Source of the DNA: an uncultured bacterium
GTDB taxonomy: Bacteria > Chloroflexota > UBA5177 > JANWHV01
Reading direction: 5' to 3'
Assembly: GCA_963827235.1 (NCBI GenBank)
Contig: CAWHAE010000008.1
Span: 256,001 to 320,000, forward strand
Length of the DNA stretch: 64,000 nt
The notes below the pieces were generated by a model. The model was not told the origin of the DNA. It saw only the letters and a program-made list of their open reading frames with translations, and did not search any database. A program made the position numbers and the translations under genes. Of the stretch, positions 12,312-23,148 are shown in pieces (the stretch's first letter is position 1; every line of letters starts with the position of its first letter).

Positions 12312-15284
12312 CTACTGCGCCGGGTAGGTGGTGACGTTGTCGTTGCTGCTATCCGCCACGTATGCTCTCCCCGCCCTGTCGACCACGACCGACACTGGCT
12401 TGGAGAACTGAGTCCCGGCAACGGCGTAGAGCGGCCTTCCGGTGCTGCTATACACCAGCATACGCGCTTCCGAGGGATCAGGCACGAACACACGGTCCGC
12501 GGCATCCACGGCGATCTGCGGCTCGTCGTAGCCGCCCTGCCACGAGCTGACAGAGAACGACGAGATATAGTTGCCCGTGGCATCAAACTCCTGGACCCGC
12601 GCGTTCCAGTAGTCCGCGACGAACAGGTGGCCGGACGCATCCACAGCGACGCTGCTCGGCTCGTTGAGCTGCCCGGGCGCGCTGCCGGCGGAACCGATCG
12701 AGCGCAGGAAACGTCCATCTGAGCTGAACACCTGAATGCGCTTGTGGCCGGTGTCCGCCACGTACACGCTTCCGTCCGGGCCTATGGCGATGCCGCGTGG
12801 CCCGTACAGGTCGGTTGGCTTCAGGCCCGACACGTTCAGGTTTTGCTGACCCCAGGCACGAATGAACTGGCCGGCAGCCGTGAACTCCTCGACGCGGCCG
12901 TTCCAGGTGTCGGTCGCATACACGTTTCCGTTCGGTGCCACGGCAATGCCGCCGATCCCGGGTGCATACCGGCCATTGAACTGGCCGTCGGCGGTTCCTG
13001 CTTTGCCCCACTTGCGGATAACGGCCCCGGACGGTGACAGCTCGACGATCTGGCGTCCCGACGTGTCGCCCACGTAGATGTCGCCTTTCGAGTCGAGCGC
13101 GACAGGCCCGACGCTGGCAAACGATGCCGCCGAACCGGCGAAGGTAGAGGTTGGGACGATGGACTTCGTCACCTTGACGAAGGGATTCTGCGCCGCCACG
13201 GTCTGCTCCTGCTGCCGTGCCTGTGCTTGCAGCGACGGCGAGAGATACTGCACGTCGTCCTTGCTCACGAGGAACCAGAATACCACCTGGTTACCGTCGC
13301 CGTCCCAGGCGTGCGGGCTGAAAGGCTTTCGCTGGATCTCCCACTGCATGATGTTTGACCACGTGGAGGGACGTACGAGGTCGTTGACGAAGAGCTTCAG
13401 GCGCGCCCACCTGGACAGTAGAGCGCCGGTGTTCGGATCGGTACGCTGGGCGTAGGTCTTGTACTCCTCCGGATTCCACCAGCGCAGCGTCTCGTGGAAG
13501 GAGACGTAGCGGCTCAGCAGCGTGCTCTTCAGCGTCTGGTAGTTCGTGTCGCTCACGATCAACACCGGTTCGGTGGGAGAGCCATAATCGGACGGCTTGG
13601 TCGGGTATACGTCGGTTGCGAATCTGTTGGGGTCGCGAAGGTAGAACACCCACGGCCACTCGTCCTCGTTGTCAACCTGGACATGGAGGAGGCCGTTGCC
13701 GAGCTGGGCCTGGATGTCGCTCATCTGCTGGTAGACCTGAGGTACATCCGGTGCCGTCTGCACGTACACCAGATACTCGTCCGGGCTCGCTCCATTCACA
13801 TATGAGAGGGTGAGGGCATTGTGCGTGCTGAACAGCGCGCAGATCACGGCAGCAACTATCGACAGCCAGCGCACCCATGGGCGCACCGCGGTCACCGCTG
13901 CCACCAGTCCAATCGCCGCCAGCACGCTGAGCGGCACGACAAGGTGTAGCGCGTTCCACGGCATCTTCTCGGAGGTCCAGCCGTAGATCAAGAACGAGGC
14001 CACAGTCCATGACAGCACCAGGATAGTGGTGAAGTTCCGCAGCTTTCGCACCACGTAGATGGCGCCTACGATCCCAAACACCGTAACGAGCCACTCGTAT
14101 GCCGGGATGATGAAGAGATAGTAGTACCATGGCTGGGCACCCCGAGCGACCGGCTGTTGCGCCTGCCAGTACTGGAATCCGCCCAGGATGCCGTCCGTGC
14201 TGTACGTGTAGGGCTGAGAGGCCTTGCCGGGGATTTCCAGCGTTGTCTGTACCTTGTTGGATCCCGGGATGAAGGCCCAGCTCGGAGGATCGCCGATAGG
14301 CCAGTAGAGAAGCACAAACAGAGCCAGGAAGATAACGGCGAAGAGTGCCCATGCAGTCCAGGGGGTATGCCGCACGGCATCAGTCACCGGGCCTCCGCGC
14401 GCGCTGGTGGACAGGGCATAGACGACGAAAGCGGCAACTATCACCGCACCGGCCACCGACACAAGCAGGTGGTCGGCGATTATGCCAAGCACGATCATGA
14501 GAAGTGCAGCCGCGGGCACGAGCAACTCGTAGCCCCGAATGAGCTCGACGGAGATCATGACGGCCATGAATGCACCCAGCATGGCTGCGTTGAGATAGAT
14601 GCTCTCCTTGGCGGCATAGGCCATGCCGGTGGACACGCCGAAGAGGTAAAGCCAGCGGTAGTGGTACCGGCTTCCGTCTGCGTAGTCGGAGATGTAACGA
14701 ACGATGGTGGCGATCATGAGGAAAGTGAACAGCGCGAACTGCATGTCCTCGCGGGCGAAACGCGAGAAGTACAGTGTGGTGGGCGACACCGCGAAGATGG
14801 CCATGAGCGCGAATACCGGCCAGCGCCCGAGCTGGCGCCGGAGCAGCCAGGGCGCCGCGACCAGGGCGGTGCCGGCAGTAACAGACCACAGGCGCGCGGT
14901 GAATGGGCTGGAGCCCAGTATCCAGTAGAAGAAGGCGATCATGTGGAACTGCAGCGGGCCGTGCATCATCGGGTCGTAGTGGTACTCGGGATCGGCCCGC
15001 CCCATGAGATACCATGAGTAGGTAGCGTGCAGGCTCTCGTCGTGGTGGAGCGGGCGATCGGCCAGCCAGATCAAACGCAGTATGAGCGCGATCGCGATCA
15101 TGGTGACCATGACTACCACGTCGACGTTCACGTGAACGGCGGGAAACGCGCGGGCAAATGCGTTGCTTCGGGTCTCGGCGACTACGTCGCCGGCTCGTTC
15201 TCCGCCACGGCGCTGGGCCGGCTCACTCGACGTGCCCGCAGGAGCGGGCGCACGTTCCATCCCGGGTGCCGATATGCTGCTCAT
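12312..15284 (-). CDS. TIGR03663-family GT-C (PMT-like) membrane protein fused to C-terminal NHL beta-propeller
   Basis: LHHDESLH, YHYDPMMHGP, YFSRFARED, YLVYVQT motifs; C-terminal NHL repeats (PRGIAIGPDGSVYVADTGHKRIQVF). Confidence 0.88.
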   Translation of the reverse strand: MSSISAPGMERAPAPAGTSSEPAQRRGGERAGDVVAETRSNAFARAFPAVHVNVDVVVMVTMIAIALILRLIWLADRPLHHDESLHATYSWYLMGRADPEYHYDPMMHGPLQFHMIAFFYWILGSSPFTARLWSVTAGTALVAAPWLLRRQLGRWPVFALMAIFAVSPTTLYFSRFAREDMQFALFTFLMIATIVRYISDYADGSRYHYRWLYLFGVSTGMAYAAKESIYLNAAMLGAFMAVMISVELIRGYELLVPAAALLMIVLGIIADHLLVSVAGAVIVAAFVVYALSTSARGGPVTDAVRHTPWTAWALFAVIFLALFVLLYWPIGDPPSWAFIPGSNKVQTTLEIPGKASQPYTYSTDGILGGFQYWQAQQPVARGAQPWYYYLFIIPAYEWLVTVFGIVGAIYVVRKLRNFTTILVLSWTVASFLIYGWTSEKMPWNALHLVVPLSVLAAIGLVAAVTAVRPWVRWLSIVAAVICALFSTHNALTLSYVNGASPDEYLVYVQTAPDVPQVYQQMSDIQAQLGNGLLHVQVDNEDEWPWVFYLRDPNRFATDVYPTKPSDYGSPTEPVLIVSDTNYQTLKSTLLSRYVSFHETLRWWNPEEYKTYAQRTDPNTGALLSRWARLKLFVNDLVRPSTWSNIMQWEIQRKPFSPHAWDGDGNQVVFWFLVSKDDVQYLSPSLQAQARQQEQTVAAQNPFVKVTKSIVPTSTFAGSAASFASVGPVALDSKGDIYVGDTSGRQIVELSPSGAVIRKWGKAGTADGQFNGRYAPGIGGIAVAPNGNVYATDTWNGRVEEFTAAGQFIRAWGQQNLNVSGLKPTDLYGPRGIAIGPDGSVYVADTGHKRIQVFSSDGRFLRSIGSAGSAPGQLNEPSSVAVDASGHLFVADYWNARVQEFDATGNYISSFSVSSWQGGYDEPQIAVDAADRVFVPDPSEARMLVYSSTGRPLYAVAGTQFSKPVSVVVDRAGRAYVADSSNDNVTTYPAQ

Positions 15285-15710
15285 GAGCGACCCTTCCAAG
15301 TGCGAACCAAGACGTGTGATGCCCTACAACATCAGCATACGTAGCGGCCAAGGTTATGGTTCCCACACACTATGCCATATAACCACGAGCAGGGCACAGT
15401 ACCAACCGCACGAGTAGACTCGGTTCGACTGGCACCCTGGGAACTGACCAACCGGCTCCTTGTCTCCGCAGTGTCAGCCTGGGCACGGGCGAGCAAGTGA
15501 ACGGTGCCTACACGCCAGCGGAAGGAAGGCCTCTCACCGTCATGCCGCGAGTGCTCGTAAGCTGCTCACGAGACCATCTACCGCCAGCCGCCGTCGGCTG
15601 CGTCTATCGTAATGCGGTGGCGGCATCGGAGCAAGACCGGCAGCTACCCCACAAATGTGCTACTTCACATGCAGATTCTCCGCTCGGCGAGGCGGTCAGA
15701 GGAGGAAGAA

Positions 15711-16367
15711 ATGGCAATCATTAGCAGTCTCACTCCCGACCGCGGGAGGCGGGGATTCGTCAGCGTGTCCATCGACGGCGCCCACGCGGGCTGCATTCGT
15801 GCAGCCGATGTAGAGTCGCTCGGCCTGCAGACAGGCAGCCAGGTCGATGAGGCCGCATGCGCACACATTCAGGCGCTTGCCGGGCGAGAAGAGGCTCTAC
15901 GTGTGGCCAACCGGTTTATCGCATTTCGACCTCGGAGCACATCCGAAGTGCGGCAGCGGCTTCGGCGCGCCGGCATAGACGAGGCCGACGTGGAATCGGC
16001 GGTGGAGGACCTGCTGTCGCGCGGAGTGGTAGACGACAAGCGGTTCGCCGACGCCTGGATTGAGAACAGGACCGCCTTCAGCCCACGGGCGCCACGCCTG
16101 CTGCAGGCGGAACTTCGCCGTCATGGCATCGATCGAGAGACGGTTGAAGCCAGCTTGGCGGACTCTAGTGAGGGCGACGAGATCGCGCTTGCCGTGGAGG
16201 CCGGCCGGAGGCGCCTGCACCGGCTCGGGCGCCTCAGCCGCGACGAGTTTGGTCGCACCGTTGGCGCGTTTCTGGCCAGGCGCGGCTTCAGCGCTGAATG
16301 CACTCGTGCGGCCGTGCAAACGCTCTGGGCGGAATACCAAGCCGACGGCGAGGGCAGTTCCTTGTAG
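15711..16367 (+). CDS. recX: Regulatory protein RecX
   Basis: RPRSTSEVRQRL, VDDKRFADAWI, LQAELRRHGI, FLARRGF; RBS GAGGAGG before ATG 15711. Confidence 0.92.
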   Translation: MAIISSLTPDRGRRGFVSVSIDGAHAGCIRAADVESLGLQTGSQVDEAACAHIQALAGREEALRVANRFIAFRPRSTSEVRQRLRRAGIDEADVESAVEDLLSRGVVDDKRFADAWIENRTAFSPRAPRLLQAELRRHGIDRETVEASLADSSEGDEIALAVEAGRRRLHRLGRLSRDEFGRTVGAFLARRGFSAECTRAAVQTLWAEYQADGEGSSL

Positions 16368-16456
16368 GGTGGCTCGCGCGTGTGCGACACTTGAGGTAGG
16401 CATCGTCCTCGTGTGACGACGCGCCTGCCGGCTCAGCTGGGGAGGACGCACGGCAC

Positions 16457-17485
16457 GTGATAATCATCCTGAAGATTGGGACTCCGGAAAGCCAACGAAA
16501 CTACGTCATAGATCGGCTGCGTGACCTCGGCTATGGAACGAACGTCTCCGGCACTGAGCATACGGTCATCGGTGCCATCGGCGTGCCCGAGGAGGCAAAG
16601 GCCCGGCTGGCCGAGAATCTCGCGGCGCTGGAGTACGTCGAGCAGGTAGTGCCGGTCACTTCGAAGTACAAGCTGGCCAGCCGGCAGTTTCAACGCGAGC
16701 CCACCGTCGTGCGTTTGGGTAATGTCGAGGTGGGCGGCAAGCGCGTCGTCATGATGGCGGGGCCGTGCTCGGTAGAGTCGCGCGAGCAGCTCTTCGAAAC
16801 GGCGGAGGCGGTGGCCGCCTCCGGTGCCACGGTCCTGCGCGGTGGCGCATTCAAGCCGCGCACGTCGCCCTATGAGTTTCAGGGACACGGTGAGGATGGG
16901 CTGAAGTTGCTGGCCGAAGCAGGTGAGCGCTACGGGCTGGCGGTGATCACGGAAGTCGTCGACCCGCACGATGTCGAGCTCGTCTCCCAATACGCCCAAT
17001 GCCTGCAGATCGGCGCACGCAACATGCAGAATTACGTACTCCTGCGGGAGGTGGGACGTGGCACCACTCCCGTTATGGTCAAGCGTGGAGGCATGTATCC
17101 CACCATCGAAAACTGGTTGCTGGCGGCGGAGTACGTGCTGCAGGGAGGCAATCGACAGGTGATCCTCTGCGAGCGCGGCCTGCCGGTGGCGGGTGACGTC
17201 TCTCTTCGCCGGAATCTGCTCGATCTCACCGCGGTACCGATCGTTCGCGAGCTCTCACACCTGCCGATCGTGATCGATCCCAGCCATGGCACCGGCCGCC
17301 AGAGCCTGATCAGCGTCATGTCCAAGGCCGCGGTAGCGGTAGGAGCCGATGGGTTGATTGTCGAGGTGCATCCGCATCCGGAGGACGCCTGGTCGGACGG
17401 GCCGCAATCGCTGAGACCGGAGGCCTTCGCACAGATGATGCGCGAGCTTCCTGCCTTCGCATCCGCAGCAGGACGTACCATCTAG
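16457..17485 (+). CDS. aroF: DAHP synthase (type I-beta, N-terminal regulatory domain)
   Basis: AGPCSVES, GGAFKPRTSPY, QIGARNMQN, DPSHGTG, IVEVHP, SDGPQSL. Confidence 0.95.
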   Translation: MIIILKIGTPESQRNYVIDRLRDLGYGTNVSGTEHTVIGAIGVPEEAKARLAENLAALEYVEQVVPVTSKYKLASRQFQREPTVVRLGNVEVGGKRVVMMAGPCSVESREQLFETAEAVAASGATVLRGGAFKPRTSPYEFQGHGEDGLKLLAEAGERYGLAVITEVVDPHDVELVSQYAQCLQIGARNMQNYVLLREVGRGTTPVMVKRGGMYPTIENWLLAAEYVLQGGNRQVILCERGLPVAGDVSLRRNLLDLTAVPIVRELSHLPIVIDPSHGTGRQSLISVMSKAAVAVGADGLIVEVHPHPEDAWSDGPQSLRPEAFAQMMRELPAFASAAGRTI

Positions 17486-17487
17486 AC

Positions 17488-19218
17488 ATGCAGTCACGCA
17501 TAGAGCCACCGGTCGTCGAGTCGCCGCACAGGCAGCTCGATCTGTTTCCGCAGGCAAATGGCATCGCTCCGGCCGATTCCGAGCCGCCGGACGGAGGATC
17601 TCCGGCGTCTTCGTGGATGTCCTCGCGCCCGGCAGTCCTGGTATTTTCCGCGATGTGCCTGGCGATCTTGGTCGCCGTGGCGGTCGTCTATCTGGCAAGC
17701 ATGACCAACAATCTCAGCGTCGAAGGCGACAACGCGATCTACATGATCCTTGCCAAAGCTATGAGTGCCGGCCACGGCTACACAAACATCCAGGGCCCGA
17801 CGCCGCGTATCGAAGCGCAATATCCGCCTCTGTTCCCGATCATGCTCGTGCCGGTGGTATGGGCGTTCGGCGTCGGCGGCGTGCTGCAGATGCAGGCTCT
17901 GGTTACGAGCTTCGCGCTGGCCTCGTTCGTGCTGGGCTTCTTTCTTTTCAGGCGCTGGACGGGCAGCGCGCTGTTGGGCCTGGGCGTCGTTCTGGCAACC
18001 GCGGAGTCCGATCTTGTTTGGTCCTTTTCCCACAAGGTGCTGACCGAGATCCCCTATCTTTTCCTCACGTTGCTAACCTGCCTGCTGGTGTCGCGCTATA
18101 ACGTCCAGCAACGGTGGCGGACCTGGACAGGATTCCTGGTCGTTCTTGCTGCCGGAGCCGTGTTCCTGGCGCGTACGGTTGGTGTCAGCGTGTGCGCGGC
18201 GGTTCCCATCTATCTGCTCCTCGCTCCGCCACTGCGCGGTAAGCATGATTGGCACCTACGCGTACTGAAGGCGGCAGCCACGTGTGCGGGAATTATGATC
18301 GTGGCCGGGGGATGGACGCTGAGGAATCGCATCGTGTATTCCGGCGAAGGTCACAGCTATCTGTCACAGTTCATGCTCAAGCAGACCTACGTCCCCGACG
18401 CAGGCAGCGTGACCTCGAACGAGTTGCTCAACCGTGTGGGGGACAACGCGTCATACTACGCCGATCAGTTCCAGCGCATTCTCGTTGGTCAGTTCTGGGA
18501 CCGAGTGAGCACGGCCCCGGAAGTGGCGCACACTTTGCTTGCCATAACGGTGGTCGGCTTTGTGTTCGCGCTTTGGAAACGCCGCACTGTGGCGGAGTTC
18601 TACATGGCCGCGTACGTGCTGATCGTTCTTTTCTGGCCGTGGCAGGATCTGCGGTTCGCGGTCCCGGTGATGCCGTTCCTCTTCTATTACGTGGCCATGG
18701 CAGTGTTCGCGGCGTTCTCCGGCGCACGACGTCTTCGCACGGTTGGCCCCGGGCTACTGACTGGTCTGGTGCTCATCCCGCTGACCTTACCTACCGGCAT
18801 TCACACAGTGCACGTCGCTCGTGACGATCGCGTGTCCGGATATCACTACCAGGCCGACAAGCTCGGAGAATGGATTGCCTATGCGGACTGGCAGGACTTC
18901 CACGCCGCAGCCCTGTGGCTGAGATCCCACGCTGCTCCCGGCAGCACAGTGATCAACCGCAGCCCAAACATCTTCTATCTCTGGACCGGCCTCGCTTCGA
19001 GGAACTATCCGTACTCCTATGACCGGTGGTCCGTGATGCAGGACGTCTCTCACGAGCAGGTCGACTATGTGTTGCTCGATGATTTCAGCTGGACCTACAC
19101 GACCAACCTGTACATGCGTCCCGTTATCCAGCGTTATCCCGATCGATTCGTGCTGTTGCGTCGCTTCCGGGGCGCTGCAGTGTACGAGGTGGTGCACTTG
19201 GCGCCGGCGGGCGGCTGA
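17488..19218 (+). CDS. GT-C (ArnT/PMT-like) membrane glycosyltransferase
   Basis: N-terminal TM then GDNAIY, YPPLFP, LTEIPY, multiple TM helices and soluble C-terminal domain. Confidence 0.75.
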   Translation: MQSRIEPPVVESPHRQLDLFPQANGIAPADSEPPDGGSPASSWMSSRPAVLVFSAMCLAILVAVAVVYLASMTNNLSVEGDNAIYMILAKAMSAGHGYTNIQGPTPRIEAQYPPLFPIMLVPVVWAFGVGGVLQMQALVTSFALASFVLGFFLFRRWTGSALLGLGVVLATAESDLVWSFSHKVLTEIPYLFLTLLTCLLVSRYNVQQRWRTWTGFLVVLAAGAVFLARTVGVSVCAAVPIYLLLAPPLRGKHDWHLRVLKAAATCAGIMIVAGGWTLRNRIVYSGEGHSYLSQFMLKQTYVPDAGSVTSNELLNRVGDNASYYADQFQRILVGQFWDRVSTAPEVAHTLLAITVVGFVFALWKRRTVAEFYMAAYVLIVLFWPWQDLRFAVPVMPFLFYYVAMAVFAAFSGARRLRTVGPGLLTGLVLIPLTLPTGIHTVHVARDDRVSGYHYQADKLGEWIAYADWQDFHAAALWLRSHAAPGSTVINRSPNIFYLWTGLASRNYPYSYDRWSVMQDVSHEQVDYVLLDDFSWTYTTNLYMRPVIQRYPDRFVLLRRFRGAAVYEVVHLAPAGG

Positions 19219-19411
19219 GAGCGGAGGCGGCGTCGGGGTCCAGTCGACGTGCGCAGCCATTAGTCGATCGGGCCGTAACAGGGTGTGCGGTTGCCGGTCG
19301 TATACATTCACCGATTGTGATCAGATGCCTACCGGTGGCTCACTCGGCAGGCTGACGACCCGGGATCAACCGCGTGTGTATCTTCAAGGAGTAACCCGAG
19401 GAGTACGCAGT

Positions 19412-19849
19412 ATGATTCACACGGACGACCAGGCACCCGGCTGGACCGGCGCCGCACCGCTGCGCGTGCTGGTGGCGAAGCCCGGTCTCGACGGGCACGA
19501 TCGTGGCGCCAAGGTGATCGCCCACGCACTGAAGGATGCCGGCATGGAAGTGATCTACACGGGTCTGCGGCAGACTCCGGAGCAGATCGTCAGTGCGGCG
19601 ATTCAGGAGGACGTTTCGGTGATATGCCTGAGCATACTCTCCGGCGCGCATATGACGCTCCTTCCGAAGGTCATCGACCTCCTGCGCCAGCGGGAGGCCG
19701 GCGACGTGCTCACGCTTGCCGGCGGCACCATTCCAGACGATGACATTCCACTGCTGAAGGCAGCCGGAATCGCGGAAGTCTTTACCCCCGGTACGGACAC
19801 TCGTGATGTCATAGCCTATATTCGAGAGCACGCGCCTTCGATAGGGTAG
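19412..19849 (+). CDS. Cobalamin-binding subunit of methylmalonyl-CoA mutase family
   Basis: [13 protein letters not shown] (DxHxxG), SILSGAH, GGTIP; RBS GAGGAG before ATG 19412. Confidence 0.93.
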   Translation: MIHTDDQAPGWTGAAPLRVLVAKPGLDGHDRGAKVIAHALKDAGMEVIYTGLRQTPEQIVSAAIQEDVSVICLSILSGAHMTLLPKVIDLLRQREAGDVLTLAGGTIPDDDIPLLKAAGIAEVFTPGTDTRDVIAYIREHAPSIG

Positions 19850-19911
19850 GCAAGGATTGTTGGGACGCTTGAGCTCTGAGAAAGGTCCCTGAGCGCCTGG
19901 GAGGTCGCGGC

Positions 19912-21624
19912 ATGCAGAATGCGCAGATCGCAGCCGCGCTGAATGAGATTGCCCGCCTGCTGGAGATGTCCGGTGAGAACGTTTTCCGCATCCGCGCCTA
20001 TCAGCGTGCGGCCGAGACCATCGAGAATCTGAGCGGGTCTGTCGAGGCCGTGCTTGAGCGGGATCCGCACGGTATTCCCGGCGTCGGCTCGGGCATAGCC
20101 GAGCACATCCGCGAGATCGTGGCGACCGGAAGCACCAAGCTGACAGGAGAGCTGCACGAACGGTTTCCGGCGGCGGTGGTGGCGCTGATGGACGTCCCTG
20201 GAGTTGGGCCGAAGCTTGCCGCGAGAGTGTATCAGGAGCTCGGCGTTGCCGATCTCGACATGCTCGAGGCGGCGTCGCTGGATGGCCGCTTGGCAGGACT
20301 CTCGCGGGTAGGCGCCAAGACCGCGGCGAACATTCATCGCAACATCGAAGCATACAGGCGACGGGGCGGAAGACGGCCGCTCGGTATAGCCCGACCGCTG
20401 GCTGAAGCAGTCATGGCGGCACTCAACGCCGGGGGGACCGTGCGGCGACTGACCGCCGCGGGCAGCTTGCGGCGCTTCCAGGAGACCGTGGGCGACATCG
20501 ACCTAGTGGGCGTGTCGGAGCGGCCGCAGGAGGTGATGGACCTTCTCGTCGCGCAGCCAGAGGTCGAGCGCGTGCTGGGCCACGGTCTGACCAAGACAAG
20601 TGTGGTCCTGCGGGGCGGGCTGCAGCTTGACTTGCGGCTCGTGGAGCCGAGGGACTTCGGATCGCTGTTGCAGCACTTCACCGGAAGCGCTCAACATAAC
20701 ATTCTGCTGCGAGAATATGCCGTCTCGCGTGGCCTCAAGGTGAGCGAATACGGTATCGAGAATGTGGCCACGGGCGCGGTGCTGCACTTCGAGGACGAGG
20801 CAGGCGTGTACGACGCGCTCGGCCTGCAGTTCATTCCCGTGGAACTGCGCCAGGGACGGGACGAGATACGCCTGGCGGCGCACGGTGAACTGCCCGAATT
20901 GTTGGACCTGGACGACATGCAGGGCGACCTACACGTCCATACCCTCTGGAGTGACGGCACGGCGTCGATCGAGGACATGGTCCAGGCGGCCGAGTCCAGA
21001 GGGTACCGCTACATGGCGATCTCGGATCACTCGGGCGGTCTCGGTGTGGCACACGGTCTCGCTCCCGAACGTTTGAGAAGCCAGATCGCGGAGATTCGCG
21101 AGGTGGCGGCCCACCATCCGCAGATACGAGTTCTCGCCGCGTCGGAAGTTGACATTCGAGCGGACGGTAGCATGGATTTCCCCGACGACGTACTGGCCGA
21201 ACTGGACGTCGTGATCGGCTCGATCCACTCGGCCATGAGCCAGACTGGAGAGGACGCCACTCGACGCCTCCTCCGTGCCGTGGAGAACGAGCACGTGGAT
21301 GTCATTGGCCATCCATCCACGCGCATCGTGGGTGGCAGAGAGGGCATGCCGTTCGACCGAGAAGTGGTATTCAAGGCTGCCGCGCGTACGGGCACCGCAC
21401 TGGAGATTAACGCGAACCCATCGCGCCTCGACCTCTCTGATGTCGATGCGCGCCGGGCAATCGAGGTCGGCGCGAGACTGGTCATCAACACGGACGCCCA
21501 CGTGGAGGGCCATATGGACTTTATGGAGTACGGAGTTCGCACGGCCCGCAGGGCTGGTGCTCGGCCAGATCACGTGTTGAACGCCGGTACGTTCGATGCG
21601 CTGCAGGCCTGGCTTCGCCGTTGA
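19912..21624 (+). CDS. polX: DNA polymerase X / PHP 3'-5' exonuclease
   Basis: HhH motifs, GSLRR, GDID catalytic aspartates, HFTGS; PHP DLHVHT..SDG, DHS, HP, NTDAH. Confidence 0.95.
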   Translation: MQNAQIAAALNEIARLLEMSGENVFRIRAYQRAAETIENLSGSVEAVLERDPHGIPGVGSGIAEHIREIVATGSTKLTGELHERFPAAVVALMDVPGVGPKLAARVYQELGVADLDMLEAASLDGRLAGLSRVGAKTAANIHRNIEAYRRRGGRRPLGIARPLAEAVMAALNAGGTVRRLTAAGSLRRFQETVGDIDLVGVSERPQEVMDLLVAQPEVERVLGHGLTKTSVVLRGGLQLDLRLVEPRDFGSLLQHFTGSAQHNILLREYAVSRGLKVSEYGIENVATGAVLHFEDEAGVYDALGLQFIPVELRQGRDEIRLAAHGELPELLDLDDMQGDLHVHTLWSDGTASIEDMVQAAESRGYRYMAISDHSGGLGVAHGLAPERLRSQIAEIREVAAHHPQIRVLAASEVDIRADGSMDFPDDVLAELDVVIGSIHSAMSQTGEDATRRLLRAVENEHVDVIGHPSTRIVGGREGMPFDREVVFKAAARTGTALEINANPSRLDLSDVDARRAIEVGARLVINTDAHVEGHMDFMEYGVRTARRAGARPDHVLNAGTFDALQAWLRR

Positions 21625-21935
21625 GACGCCGGCCGACGCCGCCGGCTGGCGCGGCGTCCACATGCCGGGCTGGTAGCGCCTTCGACGGGCTCGACAGCTG
21701 AGCCGGACTGGGTGCAGCAGACTTCGGCCAGGGCGGGACTGACATCTGTGATCCAGCGCTTCCGGTCGCCTCGATCGCCTCCGGACATGCCCGGCACCGC
21801 TTCCATCGTCGTGAGACAACAAGCCCATGCGTCACAATGCCCAGGTGGGCACTTTCGGCACTTCTGCCAGGACCTCCGACGCGTAACTGGAGGTGTGCTA
21901 GACTGGGAGGCAAAGCAGTTGGAGGGAGCATCGAA

Positions 21936-22268
21936 TTGACATTTCAGTGGCCTAGGACCGCAATAGCCGTGGCTGTCCCAGCGGTGTTCCTGGCCGTGGC
22001 AGTGCTGCAGTGGAGCAGACGCAATTCATCCAGCGTTCCGGAGGCTGGCTCCACGGCGATCGAGAAGAGCACCAGGGTGGCTGAGAAGAGTATCAAGGCC
22101 GTGGAGAAGGCGGTAGCGAAGCCGAAGGCTAAGGCAGCAGTCAAGAAACACAAGCCGAAGAGCTATCCGCGGTACTTCCTAATCAGTCTGCTCATTCGAG
22201 CGCTCGAACACGACAGCTCGCGCAAGGCAGTGGTCGGGGTGCTGAAGATTGCCCAGAAGCGCGCATAG
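21936..22268 (+). CDS. Hypothetical single-TM, Lys-rich protein
   Basis: TTG start behind GGAGGG; N-terminal hydrophobic helix, AVAKPKAKAAVKKHKPK tract. Confidence 0.6.
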   Translation: MTFQWPRTAIAVAVPAVFLAVAVLQWSRRNSSSVPEAGSTAIEKSTRVAEKSIKAVEKAVAKPKAKAAVKKHKPKSYPRYFLISLLIRALEHDSSRKAVVGVLKIAQKRA

Positions 22269-22450
22269 GCCGGACTGCCGCGGCTGCCCGCGACGGGTAG
22301 CTTTGGCTTGCCGGTGAGCCGGACGCCGATCGCGTGGGCGATGGCCCGGTGGCAATCCATGCCGCTGACCAGGAGTGCTGCGCATACCGGCGGATGCCGG
22401 ACACGGCTGTATTTCAGGCCCGCTGAATCGACGCTTATCCCGTCGTCTCA

Positions 22451-22479
22451 TTGTTTGACCAGAGTACGAGGGCTATAAT
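22451..22479 (+). promoter_or_regulatory. sigma70 promoter of GNAT gene (probably leaderless mRNA)
   Basis: TTGTTT-N17-TATAAT ending 6 nt before the GTG start; no SD. Confidence 0.6.
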
Positions 22480-22485
22480 TCAGCC

Positions 22486-23115
22486 GTGCGTATCGAACAG
22501 ATTCCTCCGAGTTGGCAACGGGAAGTTGTCTCTCCCGCGTACGTCGTTGGTCCTGTCGTCACCCTCCGCCACATCTCTCTCGGCTTCAGCCGAGAAGAGA
22601 TCCTCCGCCAGTTCCGCTGGGGCCAGGATGAGGAGCTGCAGTATTGGAGCGGCAGCGTTCCCAGTGCCACGACGCTGGCGCAGTTTGAGGCGGATGTGGC
22701 CACGTGGTCGCATCATCGCGATGCGCGGCGGGACCGTTACGCGATACTTCACGGCAACACGCAGTTTCTTGGCATGGTGAGCTACTACAACCTGAATTTC
22801 GAGCAGCTCACCGCCGAGCTCGGCATCTATATCGGCGAGCGCGACTTCTGGGGCCGGGGCGTCGGCACGGAGGCGGTGCTGACACTGCTGTCGCACCTCT
22901 TCGTCAACACCGATCTAGAATCGATGTACTTGACGACGTACGCTTCCAATGCTCGTGCTCAGGCCTGCTATCGCAAGTGCGGCTTCGACGTGACAGGCAC
23001 GATGCGGAAGTTTAGTGGGCGTATCGGCTACTATGTTGACGTCCAGATGCGAACCACACGCTCGGCATTTCTGGACCGCTTTGGCTGGCGCCCGCTCACC
23101 GTGTACGGGCGCTGA
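22486..23115 (+). CDS. GNAT N-acetyltransferase, RimJ/RimL family
   Basis: AELGIYIGERDFWGRGVGTEA, N.RAQACYRKCGF. Confidence 0.9.
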   Translation: MRIEQIPPSWQREVVSPAYVVGPVVTLRHISLGFSREEILRQFRWGQDEELQYWSGSVPSATTLAQFEADVATWSHHRDARRDRYAILHGNTQFLGMVSYYNLNFEQLTAELGIYIGERDFWGRGVGTEAVLTLLSHLFVNTDLESMYLTTYASNARAQACYRKCGFDVTGTMRKFSGRIGYYVDVQMRTTRSAFLDRFGWRPLTVYGR

Positions 23116-23148
23116 GCGACAGCATCGTCTACCTAGTTTGGGGGCACC

